Below the pieces are notes generated by a model. The model saw nothing but the letters and a program-made list of their open reading frames with translations, was not told where the DNA came from and did no database searches. Positions 24,691 through 36,943 of a stretch of DNA of 64,000 nt are shown piece after piece. Every line of letters starts with the position of its first letter. The stretch's first letter is position 1. Both the position numbers and the translations under genes were made by a program. The stretch lies in NCBI RefSeq assembly GCF_964355755.1, contig NC_092672.1, forward strand, positions 3,224,001 to 3,288,000, given 5' to 3'. The stretch comes from Antedon mediterranea. Its lineage: Eukaryota; Animalia; Echinodermata.

Positions 24691-26679
24691 TCACGCTCTG
24701 AAAGAAAAGTAACAAATTATTTTGTTTGATGGTCTTGTGTATATATATATATACAGTATATATAAATATATTCTAATGCTTTGCAAAGGACCATCAAACA
24801 AAATAATTTAATAATTTATATATATACATATCAAGCAGACGGTCCGAGTTCGAGTCTCAGTTGGGGCGACTTTTTCCCATTCTCACAGATTTCCTCATCT
24901 TTATCGTTGCAAATTAATTAATTAAATTTCGGTATATCACCGGGCGGTTTAGAATTAATGTTCTTTGCCTATTGTGTTTATATATATATATATATACACA
25001 CAAATCTTTATATAATTTTCCACAATAATATTTCCAGCAGAACAGAGGGTACATTATGCAATGCAACAACTGCAACAATATTAAGTATTTATATTAATAA
25101 ACTTATACATATAAAAAACAGTAGTAAAATGCTATTCACATTTTTGGTCATTCATAAAGAAGTTTCCAAAGACTTGATTACAGCTCTGTCTACACTATCA
25201 AATTAGTTTGACAAAAAACTGTGATGTACACAAATATGGTAGTGATATGCTTAAATATGGTAGCAATATCATTGTGTCCATATTTGGGTACATCACAATT
25301 TTTTGTCACATAAAGTTTGACAGTGTAGACACAGAGCTTTATACATACAGTAAAATGCTATTCAAATTTTTGAACATTTATAAAGAAGTTTCCAAACACT
25401 TGATAACTTACATTGCAAATCTAATCATGGTGATGATGCTAAAAATGGATTCCAATGCAAGGAAAATAATTGGAATTACATTTAAAATGAGCTCAACACG
25501 TAGCACGTATGGTTGCCATTTAAGGTAATACATATAAACAAAGAAGACTGGTACGCATAACGCCAATGATACACCAAGATGCGGTAGCTTCTCTGTTAAA
25601 TTACCCTTTTTCCCTAAAATAAATGAAATATGTAAAGTGAATAAATTTGTTACTGGCATTCAATGCTTAATATGAACAAACATTGTAGACTTTTTTTATG
25701 AGGTATAATTTTCATTTTTTTTTCAGTTCTTAAACCATTTGGGAGAAAACAAATGTTAAAAATTTGATTAAAACTGTTAATTAATAGATTCGATTTGCTT
25801 ACCAATAAAAATTCTGACTGTTTCAACAGGTATTAATGCAAATAATAAAACAATGTCGCCTGCTAAATAGAAACCAGGGTAAGGAAATAGTGTGCCTACA
25901 GAACAAGTAATAAAAACAAACTGTTAAAATATACACTACTGTATAACATTAATTTGATACAAAAAATGGCACAGGCCTATGTTTGCAAGTTTGAGAGAAG
26001 AGATCATGATTTGAAAGATAAATTTGTGTAACAAACTCAAACAATATTATAATTATTGAATGTATCTACAATAGGCCTAGTTAGTTATAAAATGTTTCTC
26101 TTTTATACAGTGTATTCTAAATCAAAATTACTACACTACTCAATCATTTTTATTTATCAATTTAGTAAAAACGAGATATTTTACGTACCTTTAAATACAA
26201 ATATAAGAATTTCGCAAATCCAAAAGAATGCAAAATACCAACCATTGAAATACAAGAGTATTTGCAAAGGTAATGAAGAATTCTGTAATATGATTTGAGT
26301 TAAGTCTTCTTAAATGTCATTTATTATTTACGACACGTACTGTATATTTATTTATTGAACCTGTCAATTTAGCCTAAAGTTATTCATATTGGCCTTATTT
26401 TATTAATATTAATAGTTGGCATAGCAGGGAGATGTAAATAAATAAAATAAAGAATAAAACATAAAAAGCTCAAAACATTAATGGTTATTAATTTAAAAAT
26501 TAAATTTATTAAAAAAGGATACAGTCTGTGTTTTCTTCCCTAAATAAAAAAAAAACAATGTTTGTTAGTACATAAAACTAGGTTAGACATACAGTAGGCC
26601 TACTGTAGCTAGACTGGCTTAGCTATAGCTATAGGTCTCTTTGACCTCTACTAATACAAGGTACTGTTTTACAGTACAT
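24691..26679 (-). CDS. TMEM216: TMEM216/TMEM80-family ciliary transition-zone membrane protein, copy L (148 aa)
   Basis: Exons 26679-26646 (candidate first exon, weak donor GTCAAA), 26539-26523, 26282-26189, 25895-25803, 25613-25412, 24697-24691; in frame, no stops: ...GKKTQTNSSLPLQILLYFNGWYFAFFWICEILIFVFKGTLFPYPG...VETVRIFIGKKGNLTEK...YYLKWQPYVLRVE...RFAIA*. SSxPLxILxxxNGWY, KGNL and YYLxxQxYVLRxE are family motifs. Confidence 0.88.
24826..24980 (+). mobile_element. 5'-truncated tRNA-derived SINE inserted in a (TA)n tract
   Basis: CCGAGTTCGAGTCTC B-box hairpin, TA-repeat tail; absent from paralogous introns at 15.5, 21.3 and 47.1 kb; mirror copy at about 36730-36886. Confidence 0.65.
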
Positions 26680-28290
26680 CTACAGTTCCAATTCTGCGCT
26701 TTACACTTAAAAAGAAACAAATGCAATTTTGAGATATGATTTTGAATTCATTCCAAGACAAGGCATGAGTATCATGAAATATTTTTTTTAGGTAACATAG
26801 TAATGTACAAGTAAAATAATGAGAGGCAGTACGTATGATTCAATCTTGCAACAATATTGTACCAGTACACAAAACTAAAAAGACTAAATACATTGAAAGA
26901 AGAACAAGTCACTATTAAAAAGAAGTTATTTAAATACTGCTTGATTACATAACACAATATCTATTGAAATAAAAGAACAATTGAGCTAGTCTAAATAAGA
27001 ATGGGAAATTACTTGCTGGAATGCAAAAGGTTGGTAACACTCCTTTCTCTAAGGTTTAATCATTTCAATTACTGGGCAAATTTTACAAAATCTATTAAGC
27101 ATGTGATTGCCAGTCTATTTTTATATACAGTATTAAGTAGGCTAAGCAAATAATTAATTATTTTGTTTCAATGATATTGCTTTAAAATAAGACCAACCAG
27201 GGTTCCATTTTGGAACTACAGTACTGTACTGTAGATGTTTTCTCTGAAGTGATTTTGTGATGGTGGTCTCTGTCTGGGAAAGGAGAACTACAAACCCATA
27301 AACAAGCAAAACCTACCCTTTTGTGCCATCTCAAAGCCTTCAAAACCAATCGGAGGTTTTTGTCTACCTTTTATCTTATTTCTAAACAGTATCCTATGAT
27401 GCTAGCCAGTGAGTAAACGTAGTGTGACGACGATTAACACAGCGCGCAGCAGCTCATTAATTGACGTACGTACTTATACAGCCAATGCGGACGTAAATTG
27501 CGACTGCTGCATGCTGTAATTCAACAGCTGTTGCTGACCTGTGTTTAATTTTGGTGACAAATACAAAAATTGCGCTTTTTTGCTTGCTTTCTTTCTTTCT
27601 GTCAAATGTTATATAAACAATAAAAGCAATTGTTTTTGTATTATTGTGAGAAATAAAAGTTTGTTTTTCATGTCATGCATTCCTGAAGATGAACAAATAA
27701 AGTTCGAAAGTGAATTTAGGCCTATAACATGTGCAACATTGCCTTGCCTCACTTTATCGTCGTTTGTTTTTCATTCAGTTCAGTAGATTTCGTTTGTCGA
27801 AATCAAAGGTTCAAACATTTGTAACTGGGCATTATTTATAAATTGTAATAAATATACAATCAAATTATAAGGTGAAGTGAATAGCTATCAAATCGAACCT
27901 AAAAACAACGTAGGAGGACAAATCGATTAATTGATAATCAACACCAGTTGCATTTAATTAGTGGCATGCACTCAATCAAAGCATCAAGATATTAAACATA
28001 ATAAAAGATGAATTGATTATTTTCCAACTCCTTCAACCATCGAAGTATATTTTCTTTGATGTTTTAATTACATCAGCACTGAATTACATATTATCATGAA
28101 TCATCTTTGACTGTTGACATATTAACTGTTCACGTGTATTTTTCTTTGCAATTTTAAATGCAAATTATTAAAAAATATTGCACTATTTGTAGTGTTTCGT
28201 AAATGAATTAATTTAAACGAATGTGGTGGTGTATATCATAATATTTAGGTTATACGTGAAAGCAATCAAATCTCTTTAGGATATTTTGGT

Positions 28291-28472
28291 GGCTCTGGAA
28301 AGAGCTGTTTGGTTTTTCGTAAATGTTTTACTTCTTTGCAGCTGCCTTCTTTGGTGGTTTTGAAACCTTTTTAGCTTTCGGCTTTTTGGGCTTCTTGCTG
28401 TCGAAATCATGTCGATGTAAGTGAGCAGCAGGCTTTTGCTGCAGCCTTCTTAGTTTTAGTTTTGTCAGCCAT
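28291..28472 (-). pseudogene. Histone H1 derivative lacking the globular domain, frameshifted (early TGA), with 3' stem-loop
   Basis: ATG 28472 MADKTKTKKAAAK/PAAH.., tail KPPKKAAAKK* (28330-28328), stem-loop 28306-28291; promoter-proximal about 115 bp tandemly duplicated at 28523-28738. Confidence 0.88.
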
Positions 28473-29216
28473 CTTAGATAAGTAACACCCTTGAGCACGG
28501 ATCAAATAGCAGGTTAAAATAAGATAAAAGTCTAAAATTGAAAGCTAGCTATATTGATGTTGCGGACCTATACTAAAGCAACTATGTTGTTTCCCAGACC
28601 GCCTTTTTGTGTTGGAATGTTTAATTATGATAAATATGATAAAGTCCAAAATTGAAAGCTAGCATATTGATGTTGCGGACCTATATTAAAGCAACCGTGT
28701 TGTTTCCCAGACCGCCTTTTTGTGTTGGAATGTTTAAAATTATTTTTACAAAAATTGTGTTTGTTATTGGCTAAGAATTGTTGCTAAAACAATCTTATTC
28801 AGTTGACAACCAACAGTGATGAAACCGCCACTAACAGGTTGAATCTAAACATAATAAACTGTAAAGATACATTCAAATAAGCAACAATAACATAACAAAA
28901 ATCGCAACATTATAGAGATTTAACAATTTTACCCTTAAATGCATTATACATGTAAACTATCATAAAATAAATCAATATCCAAACAAGTAACCTATTACAT
29001 GTGTTAGGTAATCCCTGAAAATACCTAGTTTTGTGCATTCAACACGACCACAAGGAACGTGAAGCAAACACTTGCTGCGAGCAAGAGGACAATCATAAAC
29101 AGAATTGAATGAGTTGTATAAAAAATCAAAATAATCATATAAATACGCTGAGATTGTGTACAAGAAATTGAATTAAAAATGACTGAACAGTATTCCAGGT
29201 GGGGCGCACGACTGAA

Positions 29217-30296
29217 GGGTGTCACGAAAGCTCAGACCACGAAAGCTCAGACCCCCTAAGAATTAAGATCACGAAAGCTAAGACCCAACACCTAAGATTA
29301 CAAATACTAAGATATACTACAGCTTAAAAACAATACTTGTTTATCCATACATAATTTTAAACACAGTAGGTTTCATTTATTACCATAAATATAATTTAAT
29401 ACTACCGCAAAACATAGATAAACTCACATTATTTTCGCCCGTTGAGTAAATGTATATTTTTTCTTTACAACAAACAAACTTGACGGGTTGTTTGTTGGTA
29501 TATATTTACTCCATTGTGTTGCTTCAGAGGATGTTTTTCTTACGCACCTGCCTTTCTTGTATTTTGACTCCAAATTTGTTGACTAACTTTATCCTGAACA
29601 CCACACTTTAAAATTAGGACTTATAAGTACTTTCAGAAGGAGAAACACATAATAACAAATAAATAAATCCTTTAAATTGATGATTTTACAGATGTGTTTC
29701 TTTGTATACTGTGATGACAATGTAACTCCTCGAGCTCCCCATGCTCAATGTTTTTGTTTCTATGGAGCGCCAAAAGAGCAACAATAATAGTACAAGTATA
29801 AAAACAGAAAGAAAACGAAACAAAAAAACTTATCATGATTTTTAAATTAAAATTTAATTGCCAGTATTTATTTCTTCGTACTTGCATGATTATACTATTA
29901 TCATTACAATTTTACATTGTTCCATCCACACTGTAGATGGACTCCACAGAGTTTTCAGCCCTCTATATAATTTTTGCTCTTTTGACGTTCCATAGAAACA
30001 AAAACATTGAACATGGCCCATGGGGTAGGCCTACTGTACTGTAGGCTAGTCATTTTGTGTGCGAGAAAAACGTCTGTAAAATCATCAATTTAAAAATGTA
30101 TTTGTTACTTTTTATGTGATTCTTTTTCATGAAAGTGCCAATTCTAAGGTGTGGTATTCAGAATAAATGTTGGGAGTTAAAATACAAGGCAGGTGCGAAA
30201 GATAAATATTGGTAATCTTAGGTGTTGGGTCTTAGCTTTCGTAATCTTAGGTCTTAGGGGGTCTGAGCTTTCGTGGTCTGAGCTTTCGTGACACCC
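29217..30296. mobile_element. Non-autonomous TIR element (MULE-like), copy 1
   Basis: About 90-bp TIRs GGGTGTCACGAAAGCTCAGACC...; 10-bp TSD CACGACTGAA (29207-29216; repeated at 30302-30311 after 5 extra nt); empty site in the other arm at about 32665-32685. Confidence 0.88.
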
Positions 30297-30523
30297 CACG
30301 ACACGACTGAACGGTACAATGATGTTAATGCTCCACCATTGCCCATGAATCTACAGTTCCTGTAAATTTCTAAGAGTTGCAAATGAATTGCCGATTTTAA
30401 CCTGAAAAATAAATGTTTGGTCCCTGCATTCAACATGATATTGACGCGTCTCACAGCGAGCTGGGGGACGAACGATTCGTACAAAGGAAAGGACACCGCC
30501 AGACAACTGCGTACCAATTGTTT

Positions 30524-31608
30524 GGGTGTCACGAAAACTCAGACCACGAAAGCTCAGACCCCCTAAGACCTAAGATCACGAAAGCTAAGACCCAACACCT
30601 AAGATTACAAATATTTATCTTTCGCACCTGCCTTGTATTTTAACTCCTAACATTTATTCTGAATACCACACCTTAGAATTGGCACTTTCATGAAAAAGAA
30701 TCACCGTATAAAAAGTAACAAATACATTTTTAAATTGATGATTTTACAGACGTTTTTCTCGCACACAAAATGACTAGCCTACAGTACAGTAGGCCTACCC
30801 CATGGGCCATGTTCAATGTTTTTGTTTCTATGGAACGTCAAAAGAGCAAAAATTATATAGAGGGCTGAAAACTCTGTGGAGTCCATCTACAGTGTGGATG
30901 GAACAATGTAAAATTAAAATTGTAATGATAATAGTATAATCATGCAAGTACGAAGAAATAAATACTGGCAAATAAATTTTAATTTAAAAATCATGATAAG
31001 TTTTTTTGTTTCGTTTTCTTTCTGTTTTTATACTTGTACTATTATTGTTGCTCTTTTGGCGCTCCATAGAAACAAAAACATTGAGCATGGGGAGCTCGAG
31101 GAGTTACATTACAGTATACAAAGAAACACATCTGTAAAATCATCAATTTAAAGGATTTATTTATTTGTTATTATGTGTTTCTCCTTCTGAAAGTACTTAT
31201 AAGTCCTAATTTTAATGTGTGGTGTTCAGGATAAAGTTAGTCAACAAATTTGGAGTCAAAATACAAGAAAGGCAGGTGCGTAAGAAAAACATCCTCTGAA
31301 CCAACACAATGGAGTAAATATATACCAACAAACAACCCGTCAAGTTTGTTTGTTGTAAAGAAAAAATATACATTTACTCAACGGGCGAAAATAATGTGAG
31401 TTTATCTATGTTTTGCGGTAGTATTAAATTATATTTATGGTAATAAATGAAACCTACACTGTGTTTAAAATTATGTATGGAAAAACAAGTATTGTTTTTA
31501 AGCTGTAGTATATCTTAGTATTTGTAATCTTAGGTGTTGGGTCTTAGCTTTCGTGATCTTAGGTCTTAGGGGGTCTGAGCTTTCGTGGTCTGAGCTTTCG
31601 TGACACCC
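30524..31608. mobile_element. Non-autonomous TIR element (MULE-like), copy 2, inverted relative to copy 1
   Basis: Same TIRs; 10-bp TSD CCAATTGTTT (30514-30523, 31609-31618); near-identical internal sequence in opposite orientation. Confidence 0.9.
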
Positions 31609-32121
31609 CCAATTGTTTAGATCACTGGCAGTCAGGCAGCATGCATAAAGTATATAGCCTTCCGACATACATCAGTATTTATGTGTGGCTATGAAGTATA
31701 ATGTATCATAGAGGATTATAGTGAATATTAATATTTTACACTATAATATCTATGGTATCATGTACTGTAGTTCACATTATGGCATCCGATTATTTTTCTC
31801 CTAGACGTACGTTCGCATTGAACTTGAACGCAAAACAAAATATCGAGTAAAATGATCTAACAATCGGCGGTTCCGCACAGAGCACGCGCATCTAACATAC
31901 GGCAACAAAAATGTTATCGTTTAAATAGTCCACGAGTCCAAGTACGATCGTTTTGCTCATTGGTAGCATGCTGCATGAGAGTGTCTTTTCCGGCCATATC
32001 TAAGGGTGTCATTTAACAAAATTTGCTTCGCCTCAGGCCCCACCCCAGGGGGGGGTAGGTATGGGGGTGGGGTGACCCAAATACTTAGTGTGCGAACCCC
32101 CCCTTGACAGATCCTGGCTCC

Positions 32122-32710
32122 ATAACAAACCCAGCATTCTATTTTCCTTAGATACAACATAATTAATATGCAAACAAAAATTTAACTTACTATCAATTAA
32201 AACTCCTAAACCTCGCATTGCTTCATTCTACAGCGTACAATGCTTTGAATAGTAAGAAGCAATGCGATGTGGTCTACACTGACTCGGTTCCTCGTGATTT
32301 ACTTGTTTTTAAGATTGGTTTGAAAGGGAATCTTCTTAAATGGTTTTCAGATTATTTGTGGCTCCCTGTACTTTCTGGGGTTCTGCAGGGGTCAATTATT
32401 GGTCCCTTGCTTTTTAATTTGTATCTTAATGACCTTCCTTCTGTTTTTAAGTTTTCACAATCACTTCTGTTTGCTGATTAGGCCTACCTTAAGTTGTTTA
32501 AAGTAATCTCTTCACCTGACGACGCTCTTCTGCTGCAAGAAGATATGAATTCTCTTGTGGGATGGACTGAAAACAAAGCCTATTTTAACCAAATATTTGA
32601 ATGATCAGGAATTAGATTGTGTTAATTTTCAAAGGGATTTAGGAGTTTTAATTGATAATAAGTTGTACCGTTCAGTCGTGCGACCCACCTGGAATACTGT
32701 TAGTCATTTA
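32122..32710. mobile_element. Decayed CR1/L2-group LINE RT remnant forming the axis of the inverted duplication
   Basis: Plus strand: SGVLQGSIIGPLLFNLYLNDL...LFAD, RDLGVLIDNK, YRSVVRPTWN; minus strand 32218-32122: RGLGVLIDSKLNFCLHINYVVSKENRMLGL, continuing at 30367-30302 (IYRNC..ALTSLYRSVV) and 29210-29140 (PHLEYCSVIF). Confidence 0.8.
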
Positions 32711-32944
32711 TAAGACATGTAATAGGTTACTTGTTACCTGTTTGGATATTGATTTATTTTATGATAGTTTAAATGTATTTAAGGGTAAAATTGTTAAATC
32801 TTTATAATGTTGCGATTTTTGTTTGTTATTGTTGCTTATTTGAACGTATCTTTATAGTTTATTATGTTTAGATTCAACCTGTTAGTGGCGGTTTCATCAA
32901 TGTTGGTTTTCAACTGAATAATATTGTTTTAGCCACAATATTAA

Positions 32945-33060
32945 GCCAATCAAACACAATTTTCATTGTTAAGAATCATTTTAAACAATCCAACACAAAA
33001 AAGGCGGTATGGGAAACAACACGGTTGCTTTAGTATAGGTCCGCAACATCAATAGAGCTA
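32945..33060 (+). promoter_or_regulatory. Histone H1-type promoter elements
   Basis: CCAAT (32946), H1 box AAACACA (32952-32958), GC-box-like AGGCGG (33002), upstream of the H1 ATG at 33132. Confidence 0.5.
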
Positions 33061-33131
33061 GCTTTCAATTTTGGACTTATCATATTTTAACCTGCTATTT
33101 GATTCGTGCTCAAGGGTGTTACTTATCTAAG

Positions 33132-33278
33132 ATGGCTGACAAAACTAAAACTAAGAAGGCTGCAGCAAAAGCCTGCTGCTCACCCAACTTACATCGACAG
33201 CAAGAAGCCCAAAAGCCCAAAAAGCCGAAAGCTAAAAAGGCTTCAAAACCACCAAAGAAGGCAGCTGCAAAGAAGTAA
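33132..33278 (+). pseudogene. Histone H1 derivative lacking the globular domain; open 48-aa frame from native ATG to native stop
   Basis: MADKTKTKKAAAKACCSPNLHRQQEAQKPKKPKAKKASKPPKKAAAKK*; stem-loop at 33303-33320 has a 6-nt loop. Confidence 0.8.
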
Positions 33279-35023
33279 AACATTTACGACCAAAAACCAA
33301 ACGGCTCTCTTTCCAGAGCCACCAAAATATCCTAAAGAGATTTGATTGCTTTCACTTATAACCTAAATATTATGATATACACCACATTCTTTTAAATTAA
33401 TTCATTTACGAAACAATACAAATAGTGCAATATTTTTTAATAATTTGCTTTTGTTTCAAAATTGCAAAGAAAAAGGTATTATACACGTGAACAGTTAATA
33501 TGTATATCAAAGATTATTCCTGATAATATGTAATTCAGTGCTGATGTAATTAAAACATTGCTTATCAAAGAAAATATACTTCGATGGTTGAAGGAGTTGG
33601 AAAATAATCAATTCATCTTTTATGATGTTTAATATCTTGATGCTTTGATTGAGTGCATGCCACTAATTAAATGCAACTGGTGTTGATTATCAATTAATCG
33701 ATTTGCCCTCCTACGTTGTTTTTAGGTTCGATTCACTTCACCTTATAATTTGATTGTATATGTATTACAACTTATAAATGTGCCCAGTTACAAATGTTTG
33801 AACCTTTGAATTCGACATACGAAATCTACTGAACTTAATGAAAAACAAACGACGATAAAGTGATCAGGCAACTTTGCACATGTTATAATTCACTTTCGAA
33901 CTTTATTTGTTCATCTTCAGGAATGCATGACATGAAAAACTAACTTTTATTTCTCACAATAATACAAAAACAATTGCTTTTATTGTTTACCATATAACAT
34001 TTGACTGAAAGAAAGAAAGCAAGAAAAAAAGCGCAATTTTTGTATTTGTCACCAAAATTAAACACAGGTCAGCAACAGCTGTTGCATTACAGCATGCAGC
34101 AGTCGGAATTTACGTCCGCATTGGCTGTATAAGTACGTACGTCAATTTTAGAAACTTAACAATGAGCTGATCGTCGTCATTCCGTTTACTCACTGGCTAA
34201 CATCATAGGATACTGTTTGTGTCTAGAAATAAGATAAAAGGTAGACAAAAAAGGCAGAAGCTCCTCCGATTGGTTTTGAAGGCTTTGAGATGGGACAAAA
34301 GGGTAGGTTTTGCTTGTTTATGGGTTTGTAGTTCTCCATTCCCAGACAGAGACCACCATCACAAGATCACTTCAGAGAAACATCTACAGTACAGGGGTAG
34401 CCCAGTACAGTACTGTAGTTCCAAAATGGAACCCTGGTTGGTCTTATTTTTAAAGCAATGTTTAGATATTATAGAAACAAAATAATTATTTATTTGCTTA
34501 CGTCTTACTGTATATAAAAATGTCTTAATTTTCTACAGGTATGTTAATATTATTTGTTAATAATTGCATGAATAGCAGAGACTGGCAATCACATGCTTAA
34601 TAGATTTTGTAAAATTTGCCCAGTAATTGAAATGATTAAACCTTAGAGAAAGGAGTGTTAACAACCTTTTGCATTCCAGCAAGTAATTTCCCATTCTTAT
34701 TTAAGACTAGCTCAATTGTTCTTTTATTTCAATGGATATTGTGTTATGTAATCAAGCACTATTTAAATACCTTCTTTTTAAAAGTGACTTGTTGTTCTTT
34801 CAATGTATTTAGTTTTGTGTACTGGTACAATATTGTTGCAAGATTGAATCATGCGTACTGCCTCTCATTATTTTACTTGTACATTACTTATGTTACCTAA
34901 AAATATATGTCATGATACTCATGCCTTGTCTTGGACTGAATTCAAAATCATATTTCAAAATTGCATTTGTTTCATTTTAAGTGTAAAGCGCAGAATTGGC
35001 TGTTTTAGAGGAACTGTACGTAG

Positions 35024-36943
35024 ATGTACTGTAAAACAGTACCTTGTATTAGTAGAGGTCAAAGAGACCTATAATATTCCCATCTATAGCTAAGCCAGTC
35101 TAGCTACAGTAGGTCTATGCCTAACCTAGTTTTATGTACTAACAAACATTGTTTTTTTTTTTTTAGGGACACAGATTGTATCCTTTTTTAATAAATTTAA
35201 TTGTTAAATTAATACCCATTAATGTTTTGAGCTTTTTATGTTTGTTTTATTCTTTATTTTATTTATTTACATCTCCCTGCTAGGCCAAATATTAATAGTA
35301 ATAACATAAGGCCAATAATAATAACTTTAGGCTAAATAGACAGGTTCAATAAATAAATATACAGTACCTTTTGTAAATATTAATGACATTTGAAGACTTA
35401 ACTCAAATCATATTACAGAATTCTTCATTACCTTTGCAAATACTCTTGTATTTTAATGGTTGGTATTTTGCATTCTTTTGGATTTGCGAAATTCTTATAT
35501 TTGTATTTAAAGGTACGTAAAACATCTCATTTTTACTAAATTGATAAATAAAAATGATTGAGTAGTGTAGTAATTTTGATTTAGAGTACACCGTATAAAA
35601 GAGAAACATTTTATATATAACTAGGCCTATTGTAGATACATTCAATATAATTATAATATTGTTTGAGTTTGTAACTCAAATTTATCTTTCAAATCATGAT
35701 CTCTTCTCTCAATTCATCCAAACTTGCAAACATAGGCTTGTGCCATTTTTTGTATCAAATTAATTTCATACAGTAGTCTATATTTTAACAGTTTATTTTT
35801 ATTACTTGTTCTGTAGGCAATGTACTTCCTTTCCCTGGTTCCAGCTTAGCAAACGAAATTGTTTTATTATTTATATTATTAGCTGTTGAAACAGTCAGAA
35901 TTTGTATTGGTAAGCAAATCAAATCTATTAATTAATTAATACAGTTTTAATTATACTTTAAACATTTGTTTTCTCCAAATCGATTTAAGAACTGGAAAAA
36001 AAAATGAAAATTATACCTCATAAAAAGTCTGCAATATTTGTTCATACAGTATTAAGCATTGAATGCCAGTAACTTATTCACTTTACATATTTCAATTATT
36101 TTATTTTAGGGACAGAGGGTAATTTAACAGAGAAGATACCCTATCTTGGTGTATCAGTGATGTTATACATACCAGTCTTCTTTGTTTATTTGTATTACCT
36201 TAAGTGGCAAACATACGTGCTACTTGTTGAGGTCTTTTTAAATGTAATTCCAATTATTTTCCTTGCATTGGAATTCATTTTTAGCGTCATCGCCATGATT
36301 ACATTTGCAAGGTAAGTTATCAAGTATTCGGAAACTTCTTTATAAATGTTCAAAAATTTGAATAGCATTTGACTGTATGTACAGTATAAAGCTCTGTCTA
36401 CACTATTATTATGTGACAAAAAAATGTGATGTACCCAAATATGGACACAATGATATCGCTACCATATTTGGGCATATCACTACCATATTTGTGTACATCA
36501 CAGTTTTTTGTCAAACTAATTTGATAGTGTAGACAGCTGTAATCAAGTATTTGGAAACTTCTTTAAAAATGACCAAAAATGTGAATAACATTTTACTACT
36601 GCTTACATGTATAAACTTATTAATATAAATATTTAATATTGTTGCAGTTGTTACATAGCATAATGTACCCTCTGTTCTGCTGTAAATATTATTGTGGACA
36701 ATTATATAAAGATTTGTATATATATATATATATAAACACAACAGGCAAAGAACATTAATTCTAAACCGCCCGGTGATATACTGAAATTTAATTAATTAAT
36801 TTGCAACGATAAAGATGAGGAAATCTGTGAGAATGGGCAAAAGTCGCCCCAACCGAGACTCGAACTCGGACCGTCTGCTTGATATGTATATATATAAATT
36901 ATTAACAAACAAAATAATTTGTTACTTTTCTTTCAGAGCGTGA
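35024..36943 (+). CDS. TMEM216: TMEM216/TMEM80-family ciliary transition-zone membrane protein, copy R (146 aa)
   Basis: Exons 35024-35057 (candidate first exon), 35167-35177, 35419-35512, 35817-35909, 36110-36311, 36937-36943; 441 nt in frame: ...GTQINSSLPLQILLYFNGWYFAFFWICEILIFVFKGNVLPFPGSSLANEIV...GTEGNLTEKIPYL...YYLKWQTYVLLVE...ITFARA*. Confidence 0.88.

Larger units (their letters stand above)
23296..32218 (-). repeat. Left arm of large inverted duplication (includes about 2.9 kb of arm-specific insertions at 29217-32121)
   Basis: Reverse-complement collinearity with 32630-38731: ORFs 23410+/38400-, 26056+/35403-, H1 copies, TMEM216 exons. Confidence 0.93.

Noticed and set aside
29672-31151. 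Duplicated 69-71 aa ORFs as a gene pair, and this pair as the palindrome centre
   Set aside because: They lie inside two TE copies with separate TSDs; the real axis is near 32.2-32.6 kb.
34255-34360. THAP-like wording (LKALRWDK...WVCSSPFPD) upstream of TMEM216 copy R
   Set aside because: Lacks the required His and N-terminal Cys pair; too weak to call.
34529-34545. TTTTCTACAG/GTATGT as a recursive splice site
   Set aside because: Absent from the mirror arm, no long intron context; could be an ordinary donor or chance.
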